A DNA stretch of 64,000 nt from an uncultured Actinomycetota bacterium (GTDB taxonomy: Bacteria > Actinomycetota > Actinomycetes > JAHEKZ01). Location: contig CAVQYR010000001.1 of the NCBI GenBank assembly GCA_963718235.1, positions 145,555 to 209,554 on the forward strand, in the 5' to 3' direction. The translations under genes and the position numbers were made by a program. Below the pieces are notes generated by a model, which worked only from the letters and a program-made list of their open reading frames with translations, made no database searches and was not told the origin of the DNA. Of this stretch, positions 9,340-21,066 are shown piece after piece. How positions within the stretch are numbered: position 1 is the first letter of the stretch; every line of letters begins with the position of its first letter.

Positions 9340-9954
9340 TCAGCCGCCGCCAGGACCGGCGTCGGCCAGTCGTTGCCGAAGCCGGGCCTGCACGGCTGGC
9401 CACTCTCCGGCCAGGAGGGAGAAGTACACGGAGTCCCGCCACGTGCCGTCGGCCCGGAGCACCCGGTGCCGCAGGGCTCCCTCCCGGACCGCCCCGAGGG
9501 CAGCGAGCGCACCCTGGGAGCGAGCGTTGAGATGGTCGGTCTTGAAGGCCACCCGCTCCATGCCCAGGTCGTCGAAGGCGTGCGCCAGCAGGAGCAGCTT
9601 CGCCTCCACGTTGAATCCGGACCGCCAGACCGACGACGACAGCACCGTCCACCCGATCTCGACGTTGCGGTTCTCCACGTCCAGGTCGAGGAACGACGTC
9701 GAACCCACGACCGCACCGGTGCTCCGGTCGACCTGCGCGAACGGAACCCGGACCCCCTCGCTGGCGTCGTCCAGTGCCCGGTCGACGAACGACTCCATCG
9801 CGCGACGATCATCCATGCGGTAGGGCCAGACCCAGGCAAAGACCTCGCTGCTGCCGCAGGTGCGCCACAGCTCGTCGAGGTCGCTCGCGACGAGCGGCCG
9901 GAGCAGCACCCGGTCACCCGTCAGTGTCGTCGGCTCGGGACGGCGTGCGGCCAT
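9340..9954 (-). CDS. GNAT family N-acetyltransferase (RimJ/RimL-like)
   Basis: A 204-aa protein. It has the RimL-type motif RVLLRPLVASDLDEL at the N-terminus and an acetyl-CoA binding region (EIGWTVLSSSVWRSGFNVEAKLLLLAHAFDDLGMERVAF). Confidence 0.75.
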   Translation of the reverse strand: MAARRPEPTTLTGDRVLLRPLVASDLDELWRTCGSSEVFAWVWPYRMDDRRAMESFVDRALDDASEGVRVPFAQVDRSTGAVVGSTSFLDLDVENRNVEIGWTVLSSSVWRSGFNVEAKLLLLAHAFDDLGMERVAFKTDHLNARSQGALAALGAVREGALRHRVLRADGTWRDSVYFSLLAGEWPAVQARLRQRLADAGPGGG

Positions 9955-9962
9955 GGTTGACC

Positions 9963-12294
<2,332 letters not shown>

Positions 12295-12298
12295 GCGA

Positions 12299-12715
12299 TC
12301 AGGCGCCGAGGACGTCGGCCGCCGTCGGGCTGCTCTCGCGCAGGAACAACGTGCACCGGGTGACCTCGTCGTCCTCTCCGAGAGCCGCGGCTGCCCGACG
12401 CAGGGCGTTGACGCTGCGCAGGAAGCCCTGGTTGCCCTCGTGCTCCCACGGCACCGGCCCGTGGCCCTTCCAGCCGTTGCGCCGTAGCTGGTCGAGGCTG
12501 CGGTGGTAGCCCGTGCGCGCGTAGGCGTACGCCGCCACCTCGTCGCCGTCGTCGAGGGACTGCTCGGCGAGCATCGCCCAGGCCAACGGGTAGTCGGGGT
12601 AGGCCGCGGCCACTTGGCGCGGGCCGGCTCCGCCGTCCAGCAGGGCCTTGGCCTCGCGGTTCTCGGGCAGGTGGGTGGGCGGTGGTCCGCCGAGGAGGTT
12701 CTGATCGATGGTCAC
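12299..12715 (-). CDS. DUF3151-family conserved actinobacterial protein
   Basis: A 138-aa acidic protein (YPDYPLAWAMLAEQSLDDGDEVAAYAYARTGYHRSLDQLRRNGWKG). From memory this family is typically syntenic with purA in actinobacteria. Confidence 0.55.
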   Translation of the reverse strand: MTIDQNLLGGPPPTHLPENREAKALLDGGAGPRQVAAAYPDYPLAWAMLAEQSLDDGDEVAAYAYARTGYHRSLDQLRRNGWKGHGPVPWEHEGNQGFLRSVNALRRAAAALGEDDEVTRCTLFLRESSPTAADVLGA

Positions 12716-12751
12716 GAGGGCATTCTGCGCCGTCGGGGTGCGCCGGGCACG

Positions 12752-14656
12752 TCAGGGGCGGGGCCACTGCCACGTGGCGAGGGTCTCACCAGTGCCGGGG
12801 GCTCGGACGGTGAACGTCACCGTGCCGGTCGCAGCGCGACGATCGTCGACGACGGTCCACCCGCCGAGCGCAGCGAGAGCGATGCTGTCCCGCCACGCTC
12901 GCTCGACCGGCGACCGGGGCATGACGTCGACGGTGACCCGAGCTGCGCGCACCAGATCCAGACCGCCCGAGAAGGTGAACACCGTGCCGGTTCCGGTGCG
13001 TCGTCCGAGGAGAACCGTTGTGGAGCAGGCAGAGGCGACGAAGGAGAGGCCGCTCGCTCCGCCGCTCGGCAGCTGAACCGAACCGGCGCACCGGTCGGCG
13101 CCCGGGCCCTGGGCCCGCTGCACCAGGACCGGGTCGATCCGACCAGGCCCGGCCAACTCCATCAGCACGACGAGCAGCGGCGAGGTGCCAGCCCCCCGTC
13201 GGGCCACGGAGGTGACCGTGTGGCCGAGAACCCTGACCTGCAGCGGGCCCGCCCGCCCGAGGTCGCGCCACGCGGCGGTGGCCAGGTCGTAGTCGCCGGG
13301 CGTCAGGTCGGCGGAGCGGTCTGCGGTCTGCGGATCCTTGAACTGCACCTCGCCCCGCTCGAGGACAAGCGACTCGCTGCCGGGCTCGGGCAGCTGCAGG
13401 GTCGACGAGACCGCTGCGCCGCCCGCCCCGCGCCCACTCAGGACGACCACCCCCTCGGCCCGGCTGGACAGCAGGGCGAGCCAGTTCGAGCCGGCCAGCA
13501 GGTCGAGGGGCTGCCACGTGCTCACGTCGGCGTCCAGGCTCGGTAGGGCGCTCGGGATCGGCGAGGGCGAGGTGCGCTGCCAGCCCACCTCCTGACCCGC
13601 TCGCTCGTCGTCGCCTCGCCACCGCGGGGCGAGGATCAGCCCGTCGTTCTGCACGTCGCCGAACACCCGCGGAATCCCCGCCACGAGGCTCGCCGGCAGT
13701 AACAACGCGTCCGTGGCAGAACCCGGAGTGAGGACGTCGCTGGCCGCGAGCGACGGTTCATACCCGACCAGGAGCGCCACCCGAGGGTCTCCCGCCTCAT
13801 CGGTGGCCTCGAGGACCACCACGGGAATCCCCCGAATGGTGTCGGAGGCCAGGGCATAGATGGAACCGGCCGGCCGCTCACCACGCTTGGCCAGCTCGGT
13901 CCACGCGTCGGTCGCCTTGCCCAGCCGCAGCGCATCTGTGGCCTGTTCACCGGCCGTTGGCCAGCGCAGGAGGCCGGTCCCCGATGGCGGCAGCCCGCTG
14001 ACCAGCTCGGCCGACGGCCGGCCGAGGTGAGGAACGACGACCGCAGCGGCGAGCACGACCAACACCAAGGCGGCCGACGCGACCAGCACCGCTCGACGCC
14101 GGTCGCCACCGACCCTTTGGTACACCCAGTCGACCGGGTCGGCCGGACCGGCACCCTCGTCCTCGTGGGCGCGTAGCGCCGCCTCGATCCAGGGCCCAGC
14201 GGCTCCGCAGCCGACCTCGGCCACGGTCTGCGCCTTCACCCCGGTGCGGTCCGCGATCTCGTCGTCGTCCAGGCCGTGCACGTGACGCAGGACCAAGACC
14301 GCCCGACGGCGCGGGTCCAAAGCGTCGACCAGCTCGACCAGCTCGGCATGCCTGGACTCGGTCGACCCCTGCGGGTCGGGAGCCCAGCCCAGGAGCCGCT
14401 GGCCCGCGTCGGGGCCCGGGTCCTCCCGGTGGCCCCGCTGCCGCGCCAGGTAGCGCTCGAGGACCTGCTGCTGGACCACGCTCTCGCCGCCGGCGTCCTC
14501 GACCTCACGCCACCGCCGGGCGGCGTCGGCCAGCGAGGCCTGGACCAGTCTCGAGGCTTGCTCGGGATCGCCGGTGAGCACGCAGGCGTAGCGAAGCAGG
14601 GCAGGCGTGCGCGACCCCACGAACCGCTCGAACCGCTCGTCGCCCTGTCGGCCCAT
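12752..14656 (-). CDS. ECF-type sigma-70 factor fused via one transmembrane helix to a large extracytoplasmic domain
   Basis: The N-terminus carries sigma regions 2 and 4 (FERFVGSRTPALLRYACVLTGDPEQASRLVQASL...RRRAVLVLRHVHGLDDDEIADRTGVKAQTV). A hydrophobic helix follows (AVLVASAALVLVVLAAAVVVP), then about 430 aa of mostly beta-rich, Gly/Ala/Leu-rich sequence with no recognisable catalytic motif. Confidence 0.6.
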   Translation of the reverse strand: MGRQGDERFERFVGSRTPALLRYACVLTGDPEQASRLVQASLADAARRWREVEDAGGESVVQQQVLERYLARQRGHREDPGPDAGQRLLGWAPDPQGSTESRHAELVELVDALDPRRRAVLVLRHVHGLDDDEIADRTGVKAQTVAEVGCGAAGPWIEAALRAHEDEGAGPADPVDWVYQRVGGDRRRAVLVASAALVLVVLAAAVVVPHLGRPSAELVSGLPPSGTGLLRWPTAGEQATDALRLGKATDAWTELAKRGERPAGSIYALASDTIRGIPVVVLEATDEAGDPRVALLVGYEPSLAASDVLTPGSATDALLLPASLVAGIPRVFGDVQNDGLILAPRWRGDDERAGQEVGWQRTSPSPIPSALPSLDADVSTWQPLDLLAGSNWLALLSSRAEGVVVLSGRGAGGAAVSSTLQLPEPGSESLVLERGEVQFKDPQTADRSADLTPGDYDLATAAWRDLGRAGPLQVRVLGHTVTSVARRGAGTSPLLVVLMELAGPGRIDPVLVQRAQGPGADRCAGSVQLPSGGASGLSFVASACSTTVLLGRRTGTGTVFTFSGGLDLVRAARVTVDVMPRSPVERAWRDSIALAALGGWTVVDDRRAATGTVTFTVRAPGTGETLATWQWPRP

Positions 14657-14721
14657 GCGCTGATTGAACCGCTACGCACGACTGCCGCCACCCGAGACCG
14701 GCGTGTCGCATGCACAGTGGT

Positions 14722-15720
14722 TCACCCGCGGGCTCTGTCCAGGTCCTGGGCGGAGTACCGGACGTGATCGGCCAGCAGCGGTCGCGATCTCAGCGACTGC
14801 CGCTCGAAGCTCTGCCTCAGCTGGGCCACCACCGGGGCGAACGACGGGGTGTCCGCCGTGTCGCCCCAGAACCATCGGACGACGGCCAGGCCGGCCCGCT
14901 CCAGCTCACGCTGACGCAGCTTCTCCCGCCAGAGCGCATCCGACGCTTGGCGGTACTTGCCTCGACCATCGGCCTCGCCCACCACGGCAAGCTCCGGCCA
15001 CAGGAAGTCGACCCGCCACTCGGCGGTGTCGATCCAGATGCGAACCTGCGGCACCGGTGGCTCGACGCCGGCCTCGTGGAGCCGCCACCGCGACAGCGAC
15101 TCCAGCGGTGACTCCGCTCGCCCGTCGGCGAACTCGGCGACGGTCCGAGCGGTGGAGACCCCCGGCGTCGCGGCGAGACCGAGTGCCTCGTGGCTCAGCT
15201 GGGCCGCCGTGGCTCTCCCGATCGCCAAGGCCGCGTCTGAGACGACCAGACCGGCTTCCAGCCCGTGGGTGCGGGACACGTCGATGCACGTTCGCACGGC
15301 GGACGTCACCGGTAGCCCGGACTGCCGTTCGCTCTCGGGCATCACCCTGAGCCGATGAGACCTCGTGCCGGTCAGGGCTCGACCGGTCAGCGGCCGGGTG
15401 ATCTCCGGTCGCCCCACGTGGCCCAGGATCGGCAGCCCGTGGAGGACGGCCGCGCTGCGATGGCTCACCACGCAGTTCGGCGCGCGGACCACCGTGGCCG
15501 CGAGGACCAGGTGGTGCCGGGCGAGGACGTCGTCCCGGGTCAGGCGCCACGACGTTCCGTCGACGAACGTGTCGGACGCCACCCGAACGAGGAGCCCCGC
15601 GCGCAGCCAGCGCCCGAGGTCGGCCCGGGTCGAACCTCGCGCCCGAAGCTGGTGGCCAGCGACCGCGCCGACCTGGCTGGCCAGCAGCGCAATGACGTCG
15701 GCGGGCAGCATCGGTGGCAC
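14722..15720 (-). CDS. DUF559-domain protein (Vsr/restriction-endonuclease-like fold; AbiEi-like N-terminal region)
   Basis: A 332-aa protein. Its C-terminal region (RVDFLWPELAVVGEADGRGKYR...RELERAGLAVVRWFW) matches the DUF559 signature common in actinobacteria. Confidence 0.55.
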   Translation of the reverse strand: MPPMLPADVIALLASQVGAVAGHQLRARGSTRADLGRWLRAGLLVRVASDTFVDGTSWRLTRDDVLARHHLVLAATVVRAPNCVVSHRSAAVLHGLPILGHVGRPEITRPLTGRALTGTRSHRLRVMPESERQSGLPVTSAVRTCIDVSRTHGLEAGLVVSDAALAIGRATAAQLSHEALGLAATPGVSTARTVAEFADGRAESPLESLSRWRLHEAGVEPPVPQVRIWIDTAEWRVDFLWPELAVVGEADGRGKYRQASDALWREKLRQRELERAGLAVVRWFWGDTADTPSFAPVVAQLRQSFERQSLRSRPLLADHVRYSAQDLDRARG

Positions 15721-15877
15721 GGCAGCACGATCACGGACGACGAGACGCCACGTGCCGCTCGTCCGTCGCGCTGTGTACGGCTACGCACGCGACTCGCCGT
15801 GCACAACGGCATCGGAGTGTGCCTGCCGGTACACCGGCCGCTGGTTCTCAGGCGGGTGCGGCCGGGCCGCGGTGCGA

Positions 15878-16543
15878 TCAGGGCTGGACGGGACCGGACA
15901 CCTGGTCGAAGCAGTGGCGGCGGACCCACGCGTGCATGGCGATCGCTGCCGCCGCACCAGCGTTGATCGACCGGGTGGACCCGTACTGCGCGATCGACAG
16001 CACTGCCTCGCAGTGCTCATGGGCCGCCTGGGACAGACCCGGCCCCTCCTGCCCGAGCAGCAGCACGCACCGCACCGGCAGCTCGAACGTCTCCAGCGCG
16101 ACCGCACCCGGCAGGTTGTCGATGCCGAGCACCGGCAGACCCTGGTCGTCGGCCCAGCCGACGAAGGCGACGAGGTCGTCGTGGTGGTGCACATGGAGGT
16201 ACCGGTCGGTGACCATCGCCCCGCGACGGTTCCAGCGGCGACGTCCGATCACGTGCACGGCCGCGGCGTTGAATGCGTTGGCCGTCCGCACGACCGACCC
16301 GATGTTGAAGTCGTGCTGGAAGTTCTCGATCGCCACCGAGAACGGGTGACGGCTCGCGTCCAGGTGGGCCACGATGGCGTCGTTGCGCCAGTAGCGGTAG
16401 CGGTCGACCACGTTGCGACGGTCCCCGGCCTGAAGCAGCTCGGGGTCGTAGTGAGGGTCGGTGGGCCAAGGCCGCGGGTGTGGACCCACCCCTGGAGGCA
16501 CCGCCCGTGGCGGCCGCACGTGGCCCGGCTCGTCGAGTGGCAC
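15878..16543 (-). CDS. TrmH/SpoU-family RNA 2'-O-methyltransferase
   Basis: SPOUT motifs (HDFNIGSVVRTANAFNAAAVHVIG...LLLGQEGPGLSQAAHEHCEAVLSIAQYGSTRSINAGAAAAIAMHAW). Confidence 0.8.
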   Translation of the reverse strand: MPLDEPGHVRPPRAVPPGVGPHPRPWPTDPHYDPELLQAGDRRNVVDRYRYWRNDAIVAHLDASRHPFSVAIENFQHDFNIGSVVRTANAFNAAAVHVIGRRRWNRRGAMVTDRYLHVHHHDDLVAFVGWADDQGLPVLGIDNLPGAVALETFELPVRCVLLLGQEGPGLSQAAHEHCEAVLSIAQYGSTRSINAGAAAAIAMHAWVRRHCFDQVSGPVQP

Positions 16544-16588
16544 GACGCCAGCGTACGACGCCCGTCACGCTGCCCCTACCCTGATCTG

Positions 16589-17221
16589 GTGCCTGCACTC
16601 CTGACCTCTACTCTCGCGGTCTCGATCCTCGACCCGGAGAGCCTCATCCAGTCGTTCGGGCTGATCGGCATCCTGGTCATCGTCTTCGCCGAGTGCGGTC
16701 TGCTGATCGGGTTCTTCCTTCCGGGCGACTCACTGCTGTTCGCGGCCGGACTGCTCGTCGCGGGTGGCCTGCTGGACTACCCCATCGCATACGTCTGCCT
16801 GCTCATCACCCTGGCTGCGTTCCTCGGCAACCTCACCGGCTACTGGATCGGGTGGACGGTCGGTCCACGGGTGCTCGACCGTCCGGACGGACGGTTCTTC
16901 AAGCGCGCCTACGTCACCCAGACCCGGGCCTTCTTCGACCGACACGGGGCCCGCGCCGTCATCCTGGCCCGGTTCGTCCCGATCGTGCGCACCTTCATCA
17001 CCGTGATGGCCGGTGCGGTCCGGATGGACTTTCGCCAGTACGTGCTGTTCACCGCGATCGGGGCCGTGCTCTGGGGAACCGGCGTCACCCTGCTGGGCTA
17101 CTACCTGGGGAACATCCCGATCATCAAGGACAACATCGAGGTGTTCCTGCTCGGGTTCGTCGCGCTGTCGATCCTGCCCATCGTCTACGAGCTGTGGCGC
17201 GCGCGGCGGCGGACCAGCTAG
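16589..17221 (+). CDS. DedA/SNARE-associated (TVP38) family membrane protein
   Basis: An in-frame GTG start with the signature GFFLPGDSLLFAAGLL...ARFVPIVRTFITVMAGAVRMDFRQY. The upstream part of the long ORF 15365..17221 is antisense noise. Confidence 0.8.
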   Translation: MPALLTSTLAVSILDPESLIQSFGLIGILVIVFAECGLLIGFFLPGDSLLFAAGLLVAGGLLDYPIAYVCLLITLAAFLGNLTGYWIGWTVGPRVLDRPDGRFFKRAYVTQTRAFFDRHGARAVILARFVPIVRTFITVMAGAVRMDFRQYVLFTAIGAVLWGTGVTLLGYYLGNIPIIKDNIEVFLLGFVALSILPIVYELWRARRRTS

Positions 17222-17244
17222 CCGGAGCACACGACGCCCCGGGG

Positions 17245-17790
17245 TCACCCGTCACGTACCACCAGCTGTGCGACGTCCGCACCGAAGTGACGCACCGCCT
17301 CGTAGTCGGTGTAGTCGTAGTCGCGATGGGTGTCCGTACCCAGCCCGCCCTTCTTCGCGATCGTCTTGAGCAGCCGCCGCTTCGCGAACCCGTAGCGGGT
17401 GTAGAGCAGCGCTCCGCCGAAGAGCCCGACCAGGTCAGGGTGCCAACCGGTCTGGTCGATGAAGCCGTCGACGTACGTCGTGGCCTCCCCACGCTGCTCG
17501 GGATCGGCCCCCGGGGCGGAGGAGAGACTGACCTGGAAGAACGCCGACGGCAGCGCAGTCAGGGCTGCATGGTTGGCCGCAGCCCACGACACGACGTCCT
17601 TGTGGTGCTGGCCCATGTGGATCGACGAGCCGACCACGACGCCGCCGTAGCCCTGCGGCTCTCCCGGGGCGTTCTCGATCGCCCGGAGGTCGACCTGGTG
17701 ACCGCCCTCTGCTATCGCCTCGATCATGGTCTTGACGACGTCTTCGGTGTGACCTTCGGCCGTGCCGTACAGAACGAGTACCCGGGTCAT
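17245..17790 (-). CDS. Flavodoxin-like fold protein (HemG/flavodoxin family)
   Basis: MTRVLVLYGTAEGHTEDVV...VVVGSSIHMGQHH. The conserved start is the internal Met at codon 187 of the ORF-track entry, confirmed by the reverse complement of ATG at 17788-17790. Confidence 0.7.
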   Translation of the reverse strand: MTRVLVLYGTAEGHTEDVVKTMIEAIAEGGHQVDLRAIENAPGEPQGYGGVVVGSSIHMGQHHKDVVSWAAANHAALTALPSAFFQVSLSSAPGADPEQRGEATTYVDGFIDQTGWHPDLVGLFGGALLYTRYGFAKRRLLKTIAKKGGLGTDTHRDYDYTDYEAVRHFGADVAQLVVRDG

Positions 17791-17837
17791 CCCCACACGA
17801 TGGTCGGACGCCGCCAAGGGCGCCAGGGCCACTAGTC

Positions 17838-18398
17838 CTAGAACTGCACCTGGGGGGCCGAGCGGATGTTCGGGTCGTCGACCTCGAAGTACTCGGCCTC
17901 GGTGAAGTGGAAGAGGTTGGCCACGATGTTGCTGGGAACGGACTGGATCTTGGTGTTGAAGGCCCGCACGTTGGCGTTGTAGAAGCGACGCCCCGCCGCG
18001 ATCCGGTCCTCGGTCTCGGTGAGCTGACGCTGCAGCTCCAGGAAGTTCTGGTTGGCCTTGAGGTCCGGATAGGCCTCGGCCACGGCGAACAGCTGCCGCA
18101 GGGCGCCGGTCAGCATGTTCTCCTGCTGCGCCTGCTCGGCCGGGGTGGCACCCGGCGTCGAGGCAGCGGCCCTGGCCTGGGTCACCGCCTCGAAGGTGCC
18201 ACGCTCGTGGCTGGCGTAGCCCTTGACGGTCTCGACGAGGTTCGGGATGAGGTCGTAACGCCGGTGCAGCTCGACGTCGATCTGCTTCCAGGACTCCTGG
18301 ACGAGGTTCCGCAGTCGGATCAGACCGTTGTACGTGACCGTGAACCACAGACCGACCAGCACGATCAGGACGACGAGCACGATCCAGATCCAGGTCAC
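17838..18398 (-). CDS. LemA family protein
   Basis: An N-terminal transmembrane helix followed by the LemA core (NGLIRLRNLVQESWKQIDVELHRRYDLIPNLVETVKGYASHE...RRFYNANV). Confidence 0.85.
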   Translation of the reverse strand: MTWIWIVLVVLIVLVGLWFTVTYNGLIRLRNLVQESWKQIDVELHRRYDLIPNLVETVKGYASHERGTFEAVTQARAAASTPGATPAEQAQQENMLTGALRQLFAVAEAYPDLKANQNFLELQRQLTETEDRIAAGRRFYNANVRAFNTKIQSVPSNIVANLFHFTEAEYFEVDDPNIRSAPQVQF

Positions 18399-18466
18399 GG
18401 AGTACTCCTCGGGTCAGCAGTCGGGGCGATCCCGGTCTTCGTGGATCGTATCGCCGTTCGGCTCGG

Positions 18467-19012
18467 TCAGAGCCCGAGGTCAGCCGCGGAGTACACGTAC
18501 CGGTACGGCAGTCCGGCGGCCTCGACGACCGGCGCCGCCCCCCGCTCGACGATCACGACCACACCGACCACCTCCGCCCCGGCGTCCCGAAGGGCGTCGA
18601 CCGCCGTCATCACCGAACCGCCGGTGGTCGAGGTGTCCTCGACCGCCAGGACCCGACGTCCGGAGACATCAGGTCCTTCGATCCGGCGCTGCAGCCCGTG
18701 CTGCTTCTCCGACTTGCGCACGACGAACGCGTCGAGCGCGCGCCCCTCGGCGGCCGCCGCGTGGAGCATCGACGTCGCCACGGGGTCGGCCCCGAGCGTC
18801 AGTCCCCCCACGGAGTCGTACTGCCAGTCGGCGGTGAGGTCGAGGAGGACCCGACCCACCAGCGGTGCCGCCTGTGCGTCGAGGGTGATCCGGCGCAGGT
18901 CGATGTAGTAGTCGGCCTCCTTACCGGAGGACAGGACCACTCGACCGTGCACCACGGCCTTGTCGAGGATCTGCTGCTTCAGCTGCTGCCGGAGAAGGTC
19001 TCGTTCACTCAC
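18467..19012 (-). CDS. pyrE: Orotate phosphoribosyltransferase
   Basis: A PRPP-binding motif (VLAVEDTSTTGGSVMTAVDAL); 181 aa. Confidence 0.9.
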   Translation of the reverse strand: MSERDLLRQQLKQQILDKAVVHGRVVLSSGKEADYYIDLRRITLDAQAAPLVGRVLLDLTADWQYDSVGGLTLGADPVATSMLHAAAAEGRALDAFVVRKSEKQHGLQRRIEGPDVSGRRVLAVEDTSTTGGSVMTAVDALRDAGAEVVGVVVIVERGAAPVVEAAGLPYRYVYSAADLGL

Positions 19013-19071
19013 GATGCCAGGCTAGTCTGCGGCGCATCGTGCGCCGTCGGGTGCATCGACCCGTGCAACCG

Positions 19072-20028
19072 ATGAGGAGCAATGTGGCTGTCATCGAGGT
19101 GCAGGGCGTGCACAAGGCCTACCGGCGCCGGGGACGCCCGCCCAAGGCCGCCCTCGACGGACTCGACCTCAGCGTCGAGGCCGGGGGCGTCCATGGGTTC
19201 CTCGGACCCAACGGGTCGGGCAAGACCACCCTGTTGCGCTGCCTGATGGGGCTGGCCCGGGCCGACGCCGGCCAGATGAGCATCCTCGGCCGGCCGACCC
19301 CGAAGGCGCTTCCTCACGTCGTCGGAGACGTCGGCTCGCTGTTGGAGAGCCCGGCGTTCTTCCCGCCGTACAGCGGACGGCTGAACCTGTCGCTGCTCGC
19401 GACCGCGCAGCGTCTCCCCCAGGCCCGGGTCGACGAGGTGCTGGACGTCGTCGGCCTCACGGACGCCGCCAACGACCGGGTCAAGGGCTACTCGCTCGGC
19501 ATGCGCCAGCGGCTCGGCATCGCCGCGGCCATGCTCAACCGACCGCTAGTGCTCGTGCTTGACGAGCCGAGCAACGGCCTGGACCCGGCCGGCATGAAGG
19601 AGGTCCGGCTGCTGCTGAGGCAGCTCGCCGACCAGGGAACCACCGTGCTGCTCTCGTCACACCTGCTCAACGAGGTGCAGCAGATCTGCGACCACGTCAC
19701 GATCGTCAGCCACGGACGGCGGGTGTCGGCCGGGACCGTGGCCGAAGTGCTGGCCACTCACACCGGGACCGCTGTCCGGCTCGGGGTCGCCGACTCCCCC
19801 GGTGCCGTGCAGGTGCTCGTGGCCGCAGGGTTCGCAGCCCGTGACGAGGGTGGGCTGGGGGTCGTCGTCGACAACGCGCCCGACCCGGCGCTGGTCACCA
19901 AGGCCCTCGCCGACCAGGCGCGCTACGTGTCGTGGCTCCAACCGCAGACGGCCGACCTCGAGGAGGTCTTCCTCCAGCTGACCACCGACCCGAGTGAGAC
20001 ACCGACGGTCGAGGGCGGTGCCGCATGA
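19072..20028 (+). CDS. ABC transporter ATP-binding protein (ABC-2 subfamily)
   Basis: Walker A (GPNGSGKTT), signature (YSLGMRQRL) and Walker B (LVLDEPSNGLD). The start is either ATG 19072 or a nearby GTG after a GAGGAG ribosome-binding site. The stop overlaps the permease start as ATGA. Confidence 0.85.
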   Translation: MRSNVAVIEVQGVHKAYRRRGRPPKAALDGLDLSVEAGGVHGFLGPNGSGKTTLLRCLMGLARADAGQMSILGRPTPKALPHVVGDVGSLLESPAFFPPYSGRLNLSLLATAQRLPQARVDEVLDVVGLTDAANDRVKGYSLGMRQRLGIAAAMLNRPLVLVLDEPSNGLDPAGMKEVRLLLRQLADQGTTVLLSSHLLNEVQQICDHVTIVSHGRRVSAGTVAEVLATHTGTAVRLGVADSPGAVQVLVAAGFAARDEGGLGVVVDNAPDPALVTKALADQARYVSWLQPQTADLEEVFLQLTTDPSETPTVEGGAA

Positions 20029-21062
20029 GCACCGACATCGCCCAGACGACACCGGCTTCCCCCGCTCCCCGCGGTGCCGGGGCGTTCCTCCCGCTGCTGC
20101 GCGCAGAGCTCAGCCGGGTCAGCCACCGCCGGCTGTTCTGGATCTGCTCCTCGCTGCTGCTCGCCGGCATCGTCGTGGTGAGCGGGATCATCTTCTTCAA
20201 CAGCTCCAGACCCGGGCCGATCCCAGCCGATGTTCAGCGGGCCTACGAGCAGGACCTGGCCCGACAGCAGAACTTCTACGACAAGTGCGTCACCCGCAAC
20301 GTCCCTGAGGGTGAGGACCCGATCCAGTACTGCGGGGAGCCGCCCGAGGAGTACATGAGCGTCTACAGCTACACCAACGAGTCGCCGTACCGGGCCAAGG
20401 AGGCGCTGCTGCCCGTGGTGATCGCGATCAGCATCGGCTCGGCCATGCTCGCCTTCCTGATCGGGGCCAGCACGGGGGGCGCGGAGTGGTCGTCGCGGTC
20501 GATGACCCTGCAGCTGCTCTGGGAGCCGCGACGCCTGCGACTGCTTCTCACCAAGTGGCTGGCCCTGGCGATCGTGATGACGCTCACCGCCGTCGTGAAC
20601 CTGGCTGTCGGGCTGGGTCTGGGCGCGGCGACCGCCTCGCTGCGCGGGACCTGGGACGGCGTCCCCGACGGGTTCTGGCCGGAGCTGCTCGGCGTGGCGG
20701 CGCGGGGCGCGGTGCTGATCGTGTTCGCGGCCACCGTGGCATACGCGATCTCCATGCTCGTCCGCAACACCGGGGGCTCGCTCGGAGTGGGCTTCGTCTA
20801 CTTCGCCGTCGCCGAGCTCGGCATCAGGCTCGGGCTCGGGAAGTACGGGCCCGACGTCTACCTGCTGTCCACGAACGTCGGCGCGTGGCTGGTTCCTGGT
20901 GGCATCGACGTCCCGGGCCGGCAGACTGACCTCGCCGACGGGTCAATCATGATCGAGCAGGTCCACCTGTCGAACCTGCACGGTCTGGTCGTGATGAGCG
21001 GCTACCTGCTGGTGCTGGCCCTGCCGGCACTGTGGTCGTTCCGGCGCCGTGACGTGAGCTAG
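20025..21062 (+). CDS. ABC-2 type transporter permease
   Basis: A multi-TM 345-aa protein translationally coupled to the upstream ATPase; it has no catalytic motifs. Confidence 0.7.
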   Translation: MSTDIAQTTPASPAPRGAGAFLPLLRAELSRVSHRRLFWICSSLLLAGIVVVSGIIFFNSSRPGPIPADVQRAYEQDLARQQNFYDKCVTRNVPEGEDPIQYCGEPPEEYMSVYSYTNESPYRAKEALLPVVIAISIGSAMLAFLIGASTGGAEWSSRSMTLQLLWEPRRLRLLLTKWLALAIVMTLTAVVNLAVGLGLGAATASLRGTWDGVPDGFWPELLGVAARGAVLIVFAATVAYAISMLVRNTGGSLGVGFVYFAVAELGIRLGLGKYGPDVYLLSTNVGAWLVPGGIDVPGRQTDLADGSIMIEQVHLSNLHGLVVMSGYLLVLALPALWSFRRRDVS

Positions 21063-21066
21063 GTCC

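Noticed and set aside
7823-9823. A 666-aa + strand ORF.
   Set aside because: It is antisense to the aminotransferase and GNAT genes, with Arg/Gly/Asp composition and no domain.
14722-15720. Possible defence or toxin-antitoxin locus around the DUF559 protein.
   Set aside because: DUF559 proteins are common orphans in actinobacteria. There is no partner toxin or nucleotidyltransferase gene adjacent, and no mobile-element context.
15365-16588. The 5' two-thirds of the 618-aa + ORF 15365..17221.
   Set aside because: It is antisense to the DUF559 and TrmH genes. Only the last 211 codons (DedA) look like protein, and they have their own GTG start.
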